Notes under the pieces: generated by a model
What the model was told of the DNA's origin: nothing
Database searches by the model: none
Seen by the model: only the letters and a program-made list of their open reading frames with translations
Shown: piece after piece, positions 30,398 to 38,512 of the stretch
Position numbering within the stretch: position 1 is the first letter of the stretch
Layout: each line of letters opens with the position of its first letter
Origin: Pseudobdellovibrionaceae bacterium
GTDB lineage: Bacteria; Bdellovibrionota; Bdellovibrionia; Bdellovibrionales; JAMPXM01
Length of the DNA stretch: 64,000 nt
Assembly (NCBI GenBank): GCA_947462815.1
Contig: CANHQR010000001.1
Coordinates: 32,038 to 96,037 of the forward strand
Reading direction: 5' to 3'
Program-made: the position numbers and the translations under genes

Positions 30398-31483
30398 ATG
30401 CGAATGACCAAGTCTTTATCGCGAACTGGCGTCAGGTCTTTTTGGGGTGTGGTGTTCTTGATTGTAGGTCTTTCGATAGGCTGCACCAAGAAGTCGTCGA
30501 CCGATGCTCAAGGTGGCCAAGATCAGGATGAGTCGGGGAGCAAACTCCAAATTGGTCTCGTTTTGGATAAGGGCGGAAAGGACGATAAGTCATTCAACAC
30601 GGCTGCATGGGAAGGAACCCAGAGAGCTGTTCGCGAACTTGGCGTAAAGGTGAAAGACGTTGAGGCTCCTGACGATGCGGCGTTTGAGCCGGCCATTCGA
30701 ACTTTTGCGGAGCGTGGTTTACCTCTCGTTATTAGTGTGGGATTTGCGCAGGCGGACGCGTTGAAGAAGGTAGCCCCGCAATTTCCGAACACCAAGTTTG
30801 CGATCATCGATGCACAAGTTGATGCTCCGAATGTTGCGAGCTTGATGTTTGCCGAGCATGAGGGCTCTTATCTCGTCGGCTACTTGGCTGGATTGGCCTC
30901 AAGCACAAAAACCGTGGGCTTTGTCGGAGGCATGGAGACCGCGTTGATTCGCCGGTTTCTGGTCGCGTACGAGGCTGGGGCCCGTGCAGCGAACCCTCAG
31001 GTCAAGGTGTTGCACAACTTTGTCGGGATCAATATGACCGCGTGGGCGAATCCGACTCGTGGTAAGGAGTTGGCTTTGACGCAAATTGGTCAAGGCGCCG
31101 ATATCATCTTCCAGGCTGCGGGAGCATCGGGCCTCGGCGTGTTTGATGCAATCGCTGATACGAAGAACAAGAAGGTGTACGGAATCGGCGTCGATTCAAA
31201 TCAAAACTGGATCAAACCTGGAAAGATCATGACCAGCATGTTGAAGCGAGTCGACGTTGCGGTCTTTGATGTGATTCGCGAAGTGGCATCACAGAAGTTT
31301 GTACCCGGCGTTCGGTCCTTCGGATTGAAAGATAAAGGCGTCGATTATGCTGTCGACGAACACAACCGGAAGCTCATTGAGCCGCACCAGGCGAAACTCG
31401 AAAAGCTACGTGAAGATATTGTCGCCGGCAAAATCCAAGTTCCCGACTATTACCTGCAAATGAAGGAACAACCCAAAAAGTGA
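30398..31483 (+). CDS. BMP-family (Med/PnrA-like) ABC substrate-binding lipoprotein
   Basis: The lipobox is FLIVGLSIGC. The motifs are GLVLDKGGKDDKSFN, AIIDAQV and GIGVDSNQ. The track ORF starts at 30350; I prefer the ATG at 30398. Confidence 0.85.
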   Translation: MRMTKSLSRTGVRSFWGVVFLIVGLSIGCTKKSSTDAQGGQDQDESGSKLQIGLVLDKGGKDDKSFNTAAWEGTQRAVRELGVKVKDVEAPDDAAFEPAIRTFAERGLPLVISVGFAQADALKKVAPQFPNTKFAIIDAQVDAPNVASLMFAEHEGSYLVGYLAGLASSTKTVGFVGGMETALIRRFLVAYEAGARAANPQVKVLHNFVGINMTAWANPTRGKELALTQIGQGADIIFQAAGASGLGVFDAIADTKNKKVYGIGVDSNQNWIKPGKIMTSMLKRVDVAVFDVIREVASQKFVPGVRSFGLKDKGVDYAVDEHNRKLIEPHQAKLEKLREDIVAGKIQVPDYYLQMKEQPKK

Positions 31484-33036
31484 ATCCGCCGATTGTTGCC
31501 TTCCAGAATGTGTCGAAGCGCTATGGGAATTGTGTGTCTCTCTCCCAAGTTTCGGCGACTTTCGCCCCTGGGCAACTGCACGCGATCTTAGGTGAGAATG
31601 GAGCGGGAAAATCGACACTGATGAAGGTGCTCTTCGGGTTGGTTCGCCCGGATGAGGGTTCAATTTCCATTCAGGGAAGTACGAGATCATGGAGATCTCC
31701 AGCGGACGCCATTGCGGCGGGATTGGGAATGGTTCAACAGCACTTCACACTCGTGCCGTCACTCAGCGTGATTGACAACATTATGCTAGGTCGTGAGGGT
31801 GGGTGGCGATTGAACCGTGCGGCCGCTATTGCGGAACTTGAGGCAAAGTTGCCCGACGCGAGTTTGCGAATGAATTGGGATCGACGAGTTGAAGAGCTCA
31901 GTGTGGGTGAGCAGCAACGTGTGGAGATTCTCAAGTTGATCGCTCGTGACTCAAAAATCATGGTGCTCGATGAGCCCACTGCGGTGCTCGTCCCTCAGGA
32001 AATCGAGGCGCTGTTTACCTTGCTAAAGAAGCTACGCGATCAAGGTCGCAGCATTTTTGTGATCACGCACAAGTTATCCGAAGTGTTCCGTCATTGCGAT
32101 ACTTGGACTGTGCTTCGTTTGGGCCAGCTGGTGCAGCAGGGTGAAATTCGGGACACGTCGTTAGACGTCGTGGTGCGAGCGATGATGGGAGGCGAGCCGC
32201 CGCCGCCCATTCGACTCAATCCTCCTCGGGCAGAGATGAAGCTGTCTGAATTGCTGGAAGTTCGGTCGCTGACTTCTGGAAAAATTGGAAGAGGGGCCTT
32301 GCTCGATGTCAGTCTCAAAGTTCACGGTGGAGAAATCGTGGGCATTGCCGGAGTTGATGGCGCAGGTCAGTCCCTGCTTGTCGACTCGCTTCTTGGGCTT
32401 CATGAGTTTCACGGCGAAATTCTTTGGATGCAGCAAGCTCTGCGCGCTGGCCGGCGAGCGGACTGGGCTTTGATGAGTGAAGATCGACACCGGCAAGCTT
32501 TATGGATTGAAGAGTCCGTGCAGATGAATGCGGGTCTGGGCGTTGAAGTTCAGTTCTGTAGCTTTTCGAATTCGAAGACTCGAAAGACGTCGTTTCGAAC
32601 GGATCTATTGAGCCATTTTGAGGTACTTGATTTTGAACGATGGGGTCAGGACGTTGCCCGGTGGCTCAAGGAGTTTGACGTTCGTTTTCCCCATTTAGGT
32701 GAGCGAGTTTCACGGCTCTCGGGGGGCAACCAGCAAAAGTTGATTTTCGCACGAGAGCTAATGGGTCGCGATGTTCGTTTTGTGGTTGCCCATCAGCCTA
32801 CGCGCGGCGTGGATTTGGGTGCCATTCATCAGATTCATCAACGACTGGTCGAACTGAGAGACCGAGGTGTTGGTGTGTTGTTAATTTCAAGCGAACTCGA
32901 CGAGTTGATGGCCTTGTCGGATCGAATCATTGTCTTGGAGTCGGGTAAAGTAACCGCTCAATTCGATCGATGGTCAGAGAGCTCGCGACAGTTTGATCGA
33001 GCACAGATTGGCCGCGCCATGATCGGAGCGACGTGA
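31480..33036 (+). CDS. ABC transporter ATPase with two fused NBDs (CUT2/nucleoside type)
   Basis: The first NBD has GENGAGKSTL, LSVGEQQRVEI and VLDEPTA. The second has GVDGAGQS, LSGGNQQK and a degenerate Walker B. Confidence 0.9.
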   Translation: MNPPIVAFQNVSKRYGNCVSLSQVSATFAPGQLHAILGENGAGKSTLMKVLFGLVRPDEGSISIQGSTRSWRSPADAIAAGLGMVQQHFTLVPSLSVIDNIMLGREGGWRLNRAAAIAELEAKLPDASLRMNWDRRVEELSVGEQQRVEILKLIARDSKIMVLDEPTAVLVPQEIEALFTLLKKLRDQGRSIFVITHKLSEVFRHCDTWTVLRLGQLVQQGEIRDTSLDVVVRAMMGGEPPPPIRLNPPRAEMKLSELLEVRSLTSGKIGRGALLDVSLKVHGGEIVGIAGVDGAGQSLLVDSLLGLHEFHGEILWMQQALRAGRRADWALMSEDRHRQALWIEESVQMNAGLGVEVQFCSFSNSKTRKTSFRTDLLSHFEVLDFERWGQDVARWLKEFDVRFPHLGERVSRLSGGNQQKLIFARELMGRDVRFVVAHQPTRGVDLGAIHQIHQRLVELRDRGVGVLLISSELDELMALSDRIIVLESGKVTAQFDRWSESSRQFDRAQIGRAMIGAT

Positions 33037-34172
33037 TGAAGTTCCGTTCGGTTGTTCAATCCATCCGTGCTGGGGACGTGATCAAGGGTCTATCGCTAGG
33101 AAGCGGGATGCTTCTTGCGCTGTTCGCGGTGCTGGGGTTGGCTCTCCTTCTTGGAGAGAATGCGTTTGAAGTCGCGCGGATCATTTGGTTGGGAGCTTGG
33201 GGATCGTCGACAGCCATGGGCTATTCACTCTACTATGCCACGCCATTGATTTTGACGGGCCTTTCCGTCGCATGGGCTATGCGCGTGGGCCTATTCAACA
33301 TCGGCGCAGAGGGCCAGATGACAATGGGTGGAATCGCCATGGTTGCACTTGGCATTTTGTGGAAGGATCTTCATCCCGTTCTCGCATGGCCCCTCGCCCT
33401 TCTCGTCGGTGCCGTTGTGGGAGCGATCTGGGCGGCCGTTCCGGCCTGGTTCAAAGTTCGCCGAGGAACTCACGAGGTCCTCGTCTGCATTCTGATGAAC
33501 TTTGTGGCCTACGGAGTCGGTGGCTATTTGATCTTGCATGTGCTTCGAAATCCGGAGTCCCAGAATCCCGAGACGCTCGAGATCGGTTCGGGATTCCATT
33601 GGCCGCCACTTTCATGGGTTGGGGGACAAAGTCCGCTCAATGCCACGCTCTTGCTGGCGATTGTTGTCATCGTGGTTTTTGCGTGGTTGGGTGCACGCAC
33701 GCGTTTTGGCTTGCATCAACGCTGGGTCGGCGGTGCATCTGAGTTTGCTGCACGAAGCGGTATTTCCCCGCAACTTCATCAAGTGACGGCGATGCTGATC
33801 TCAGGAGCTCTGGCGGGGATCGCCGGGAGCTCGATTCTCTTGGGTTATCTTCATAAAGCCCGTGAAGGTTTTGCGGGAGGTGCCGGTTTCATAGGGATTG
33901 CTGTGGCGCTGCTGGGTGGATTGCGACCGTGGGGAGTCTTGGCCGCTGCCATTTTGTTTGGCGGTTTACAAAAAGGCGCGATCGATCTCGATTTGGATAC
34001 AGAGAAAATCTCCCGTGATCTCGCCACTGTCATGCAGGCCATGGTCGTTGCCGCGGTTGCGGCTTTGCCGATACTCAATGAATTTTGGTCGAAGCGTTTG
34101 GACCCGAGCACAACATGGGGTCGAAGGCTACATCGTTACCTGGATCGCATTCGACAAGTCGGTGCGCCATGA
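33033..34172 (+). CDS. ABC transporter permease (BMP/nucleoside system)
   Basis: The 379-aa polytopic ORF includes FNIGAEGQM. It has a 4-bp overlap with the ATPase gene. Confidence 0.85.
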   Translation: MMKFRSVVQSIRAGDVIKGLSLGSGMLLALFAVLGLALLLGENAFEVARIIWLGAWGSSTAMGYSLYYATPLILTGLSVAWAMRVGLFNIGAEGQMTMGGIAMVALGILWKDLHPVLAWPLALLVGAVVGAIWAAVPAWFKVRRGTHEVLVCILMNFVAYGVGGYLILHVLRNPESQNPETLEIGSGFHWPPLSWVGGQSPLNATLLLAIVVIVVFAWLGARTRFGLHQRWVGGASEFAARSGISPQLHQVTAMLISGALAGIAGSSILLGYLHKAREGFAGGAGFIGIAVALLGGLRPWGVLAAAILFGGLQKGAIDLDLDTEKISRDLATVMQAMVVAAVAALPILNEFWSKRLDPSTTWGRRLHRYLDRIRQVGAP

Positions 34173-35044
34173 TGGATTGGTTCATTGCTTATGTTGAAAG
34201 TGTGATGCGTCTGGCGGCGCCCCTCATGTTTGCCGCAATGGGTGGCTTGATTTCAGAGCGTGCGGGATTGGCGAATATTGCCCTTGAGGGGAAGCTGTTG
34301 GTTTCTGCCTTTTTTGCCGCAGCGGTTGCGGCTTGGACGGGATCTGCCGAGTTGGGCCTGTTTGCGGGAATTCTGTCTGGTGCGTTGTCGGGATGGATTT
34401 TTGGTGCATCGACGGTGTGGCTTAAAGCGGATCACATCGTCATGGGAACCGCGTTTAATCTCTTGGTTGTCGGAGTGATTCCGACTCTGGGAAAGGCTTG
34501 GTTCGGATCCAGTGGAAGTACTCCGGCGTTGGGGTCTGAGGCGCGAATTCAAGCCGGAATCGGTTTTTTTGTTGCCGGTGTGTTTCTTGTTTTTGTTTTG
34601 AGCGAAGCTTTGCGACGGACCCGATGGGGCTTACGGGTGCATTCGGCGGGAGAGTCGCCGGACGCTCTACTTGTGCAAGGGGTGAACCCGCGTCGAGTGC
34701 GAATTGGTGCGGCCTGTGTGGCGGGAGCCTTGGCCGGCGCCGGCGGGGTGGTGCTGAGCCTTGTGCAGGGCTCCGGGTATGTTCGCGACATGGCGGGGGG
34801 GCGCGGTTATTTAGCCTTGGCGGCGATTATTTTTGGCGCGTGGAAACCCTTTCCGACTCTCATCGCTTGTTTGATCTTTGCGGCTGCGGATTCCGCGCAG
34901 ATGTTGCTGCAGGGTAAAAGCATCTTCGATGTCAGTGTGCCAGCGAGTTTGATTCAGACTTTGCCGTTTTTAGCGACCTTGGCGATTTTGGCTCTTCGGC
35001 GTGCGCGTGTTTCCGCTCCTCGGGCGATCAATCAGGCTTTGTGA
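34169..35044 (+). CDS. ABC transporter permease (BMP/nucleoside system), second subunit
   Basis: The polytopic ORF includes ANIALEGKLL. The start is set at the ATG at 34169, which overlaps the upstream stop (ATGA); the track ORF begins at 34085. Confidence 0.85.
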   Translation: MMDWFIAYVESVMRLAAPLMFAAMGGLISERAGLANIALEGKLLVSAFFAAAVAAWTGSAELGLFAGILSGALSGWIFGASTVWLKADHIVMGTAFNLLVVGVIPTLGKAWFGSSGSTPALGSEARIQAGIGFFVAGVFLVFVLSEALRRTRWGLRVHSAGESPDALLVQGVNPRRVRIGAACVAGALAGAGGVVLSLVQGSGYVRDMAGGRGYLALAAIIFGAWKPFPTLIACLIFAAADSAQMLLQGKSIFDVSVPASLIQTLPFLATLAILALRRARVSAPRAINQAL

Positions 35045-36023
35045 GCAAGCCGTTGTTTCGGCTCCAGCGAATGCTGGCTTCGATGGCTTCTATCGCTGGC
35101 CGTGGTTTGAATCCAAAAGCCTTCGTCGCTTTTTCGTGCTCGAACCAGTGGTAGAGTGTCGAGGTCCATGCGGTCTCCGAGTTGACGGGGCCCTTGAGAC
35201 CAAACTTTTCGAGCACATCGCCTATCGCTCCGAGTGCGAAAATCGCCGATCGAGGAAGTCCCAGCTTCGGTGGCTCGACTTGAGCGATTTTCGCGATCAT
35301 CTTAAATAAGTCCTGGAGTGTGAGATTTTCGGAGGCTGCAATATATCGCTCTCCGTTCGGAGCTCTTTTGTACACGTCCATGATCAGTTGCACGACATCG
35401 TCAACGTGAACCACGTTCACGCCGCCTGGGGGGTAAAAGGGGAGTTGACCACGCGCGACCTTGAGTTGGGCCCCGCGACTTCCTTTTTTCGCATCCCCTG
35501 GTCCATAGATGGTAGCGGGGTTGACCATCACGGCCTCGATCTGCCGCGCTTGTGCGGCAGATCTAACAATTTGCTCAGCTTTATGCTTGGTCTCGAAGTA
35601 GCCCAGATTGAGATGTCCGACATTGTATTCTGAGTTTTCATTAAGCGGCCGGCCATCAAAGCTGGCGCCCACAGCGACGACGGAACTCAGATGCAAAAAT
35701 CTTGGTACGTTGGCTTGGATCGCCGCTTCGAGAATATTCTGTGTGCCGATCACATTAGCTTTTTCCATCGCTGGACGATCGCTTCGCTTGTAGGCGATCA
35801 GACCTGCAAGATGAAAGACACCGCTGCAGCCCTCGCACCCACTCAGCAGAGCTTTGTTTGAATCGAGGTCGCCCTCGATGATCTCAATCGGAAGTCCAGG
35901 AAACTCCTCATTGACTTTGCGACGAGATCTCGCGAGGGCTCGGACTTGCAGACCTTCGTCGAGAAGGCGACGTACCAACCAATGTCCCAAGAAGCCTGTG
36001 GCGCCTGTAACGAAGACTTTCAT
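35028..36023 (-). CDS. NAD-dependent epimerase/dehydratase (extended SDR; HpnA or dihydroflavonol-reductase-like)
   Basis: The ORF begins MKVFVTGATGFLGHWLVRRL and has a Y-x3-K site (YFETKHKAE). The start is set at the ATG at 36023, preceded by GGAG; the track ORF extends to 36161. Confidence 0.8.
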   Translation of the reverse strand: MKVFVTGATGFLGHWLVRRLLDEGLQVRALARSRRKVNEEFPGLPIEIIEGDLDSNKALLSGCEGCSGVFHLAGLIAYKRSDRPAMEKANVIGTQNILEAAIQANVPRFLHLSSVVAVGASFDGRPLNENSEYNVGHLNLGYFETKHKAEQIVRSAAQARQIEAVMVNPATIYGPGDAKKGSRGAQLKVARGQLPFYPPGGVNVVHVDDVVQLIMDVYKRAPNGERYIAASENLTLQDLFKMIAKIAQVEPPKLGLPRSAIFALGAIGDVLEKFGLKGPVNSETAWTSTLYHWFEHEKATKAFGFKPRPAIEAIEASIRWSRNNGLLTKPD

Positions 36024-36086
36024 CTCATCTCCTTGAAGCTGAGGTCGGAGTTTTCTATTCTGGAGGCACGAACGAGGAGTCGCAAC

Positions 36087-36548
36087 ATGGGAACGAGCTT
36101 GCTGCAGAACATCTATCTCTTTAAAGAGTTCACTCCTCAGGAGCTTGAAGCCCTTGCTCAAGCTGTAAAGAGCGAGACCTACACGGCTGGTAGTGAGGTC
36201 TTCAGTGAAAAGGACACGGCCGACGCGATGTACGTCATCAAGTTTGGCTCAGTGAAAATTGCCAGAATGGGTAAGGCTGACGAAATCAATGTCGCCACGC
36301 TCGGAACGGGCGGGCATTTTGGCGAAATGGCATTTCTTGATGGTGAGCCGCGATCTGCGACTGTCACCGTTGTCGAGAATTCCGAGATTTTACGTATCGG
36401 CTATGACTCTCTTGGGCAGATCTTCGCCAAGCAGCCGACAATGGCTGTAAAGTTCTATAAAGCTTTGGCGACTTTCCTGTGCGGAAGACTCCGAGTTACG
36501 ACAATGGATTTGTCGTTTGCTCGGGAGAAGAATATCCGCCACTTTTAA
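36087..36548 (+). CDS. Stand-alone cyclic-nucleotide-binding domain protein (about 153 aa)
   Basis: The motifs are LFKEFTPQELEALA, GGHFGEMAFLDGEPRSATV and the hinge helix. The start is the ATG at 36087, preceded by GAGGAG. Confidence 0.8.
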   Translation: MGTSLLQNIYLFKEFTPQELEALAQAVKSETYTAGSEVFSEKDTADAMYVIKFGSVKIARMGKADEINVATLGTGGHFGEMAFLDGEPRSATVTVVENSEILRIGYDSLGQIFAKQPTMAVKFYKALATFLCGRLRVTTMDLSFAREKNIRHF

Positions 36549-37170
36549 GCCGCCGCCTCAGCAGCTTGCCAAGACCACTCGCGACCAACCAACCGATGAA
36601 GCCGCCGGCGATCACGTCGGTTGGCCAATGAACTCCGACATAAATGCGTGAGAGCCCAACGCTTGTCGCTAGAGCATAGATCGCCCACGCAGCGGGGTGA
36701 GTGCGCCCAGCGACGCTCGCCATTTGCGTTAAAATTTGTGTGCTCCGGGCGAGGGCAAATGTGTTGGCGGCATGATTCGAGGGAAAGGACCACCCACTGT
36801 GAGAGTGCGTGCGGAGATTCACCGGGTACATGGGATCTTGCGCGCGTTGATAGGCCTCTGGACGGTCGCGTTTGATCCAAATTTTGACTCCGCGGTAGGC
36901 GACGGCGTCGGCAAGGCCGGCAGAAACGCCGACGAACAAAAATTGAAGCGCGAACAACTTCCAGAAGGTTTTGCTCCGGAGTTGAGCCCATCGGCTTCCT
37001 AAAAATCCGACGAGCAACAGGAGGATCAAATAGGGAAACCAAGTTTGTTGATGCAAATCGGTCAGAATCGGCGCGATGTCATTCAGAAAGCTGGAGTCCA
37101 AATCTGTATTGATGAGCTGAAAGAGCCACAGATCGAAGTGATTATTTTGGGCACTTGAGGTGACGCTCAT
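36496..37170 (-). CDS. PAP2-family phosphatase (membrane)
   Basis: The three PAP2 motifs are KIWIKRDRP, SFPSNHA and SRIYVGVHWPTDV. I prefer the ATG at 37170; TTG/GTG alternatives extend to 37182. Confidence 0.8.
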   Translation of the reverse strand: MSVTSSAQNNHFDLWLFQLINTDLDSSFLNDIAPILTDLHQQTWFPYLILLLLVGFLGSRWAQLRSKTFWKLFALQFLFVGVSAGLADAVAYRGVKIWIKRDRPEAYQRAQDPMYPVNLRTHSHSGWSFPSNHAANTFALARSTQILTQMASVAGRTHPAAWAIYALATSVGLSRIYVGVHWPTDVIAGGFIGWLVASGLGKLLRRRLKSGGYSSPEQTTNPLS

Positions 37171-37212
37171 GCTGTCCACCAAACTAACTGAGGGTGGGTC
37201 GGCGGGTCACAT

Positions 37213-37241
37213 AAAAAAAGGGTCGGCAAAAGCCAACCCTC
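37213..37241 (-). terminator. Rho-independent terminator downstream of the 224-aa gene
   Basis: On the minus strand the sequence reads GGGTTGGC-tttt-GCCGACCC followed by TTTTTTT. Seven of the eight stem positions pair. Confidence 0.55.
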
Positions 37242-37285
37242 TTCCTTTGTGGATGCCACTCGGCACCCCAACTCTTGTTTTGATC

Positions 37286-37960
37286 TTATCGGCAGTACTT
37301 ATTGATATCTTCAATACGAAGCGACACGCCTTTTTCACGTGCGAGGTCGCGATTCGCTTCGATGAGGGCTTCACCCCGGCTACGTCCTTGAGCGACGAGT
37401 TCGTTGGAGCGAGCCAACAAGAACGAAAGATTTGAGCGGAGGTCGGTGGACCATGTTGCCGCCTTGTTTCCGCCCGAAGTTGCCAGAGTCAAATAGGCTT
37501 GTTCAGCTTGACGAACAGGATCCATGGCCGCCAGGGCTTCCGCCGTCACGTCTGTGCGAACTTCGCGCATGTTGGCGAGGGCCTCGACGCGAGCTGCATT
37601 GAGCTCGGTCAGATCGCGGTTGTTCTGTTGGCCGATGATTTGTTCGATGGCTTGACGGACTTCCGCGTTGTTCGCCATTGCGGTTTGAAGTTCTCGTGAC
37701 TTTGCAGGAGACAGTCGTCCGACGTTCAGGTTGCGAACGAGTTCAGCAACACGGCCAGCACCCTCGGCACCACGACCTGTTCGAGCCGCTTCAACGCGTG
37801 CGGCTTCGGTTTCACGGCCACGAACGGCTTCAGGGCGTGTTTCTCGTCCACCGCGATTCGCGAGAGCCTCTTGGCTCATAACGCTGCAAACGGCCAGTGA
37901 CATCATCATGAGCTTGGTGGCCACGATCGATGCTTGTGTTTTGGTTACTTTCGCCTTCAT
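37286..37960 (-). CDS. Hypothetical exported alpha-helical protein
   Basis: The 224-aa ORF has GGAGG 6 nt upstream of the ATG and a signal-like LMMMSLAVCSVMSQEALA. It is Arg/Glu/Ala-rich and probably helical. I recognise no motif. Confidence 0.55.
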   Translation of the reverse strand: MKAKVTKTQASIVATKLMMMSLAVCSVMSQEALANRGGRETRPEAVRGRETEAARVEAARTGRGAEGAGRVAELVRNLNVGRLSPAKSRELQTAMANNAEVRQAIEQIIGQQNNRDLTELNAARVEALANMREVRTDVTAEALAAMDPVRQAEQAYLTLATSGGNKAATWSTDLRSNLSFLLARSNELVAQGRSRGEALIEANRDLAREKGVSLRIEDINKYCR

Positions 37961-38400
37961 AAAGCCTCCTCGAGTCGGTGCTCGAAACTTTCGCTCACGC
38001 CGTGAGCTTGTGAATCCAAATTCTGAAACTCAAAACTCTCGTGATCCTTCTCAAACGTCTCTGTTCTGTTCTCAAAGTGCTAATCTCAAATCCCATTATC
38101 AAATCCCAAGCCTGGAGGTCGGATGAGCGCTGAGGTGCCCAATCTGGTCACCTCCGCAGCTTAATTCGGCCTTGGGGCAGAGGCTCCATTCCTCGAGTAA
38201 ATTCCAAAATCTCTCGAGGACTTAGTGGCATCGCCTATAAACACTTCCCAACTCATCCGTTGGCGAGAAAGCATTCCTCGCCCAGCTGTGACCAAATCGG
38301 TCTTCTGCGTCTCTCCGAGGCGGCCTGAGGTCCAATTAAACGCCTCGTGGCCGATCAGTTCTTAGTCCGAGCTGCAGCTCTGCGTCCTTGCCCTGAACCA

Positions 38401-38465
38401 TTGCAAGATTTGGGTGCAAGATTTGGGTGCAAGAATTGGGTGCAAGATTTGGTCGCGAGAATCGA
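38401..38465. repeat. Tandem array with a 13-bp period (4 good copies plus 1 degenerate)
   Basis: I read this directly: ttgcaagatttgg | gtgcaagatttgg | gtgcaagaattgg | gtgcaagatttgg | tcgcgagaatcga. It lies about 50 bp downstream of the stop of the large ORF and about 440 bp upstream of the 224-aa gene. Confidence 0.9.
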
Positions 38466-38512
38466 GACCCAGTTTCGATCCCCGGCCCAGCCATGTATTT
38501 CGGTCCCCGAAC

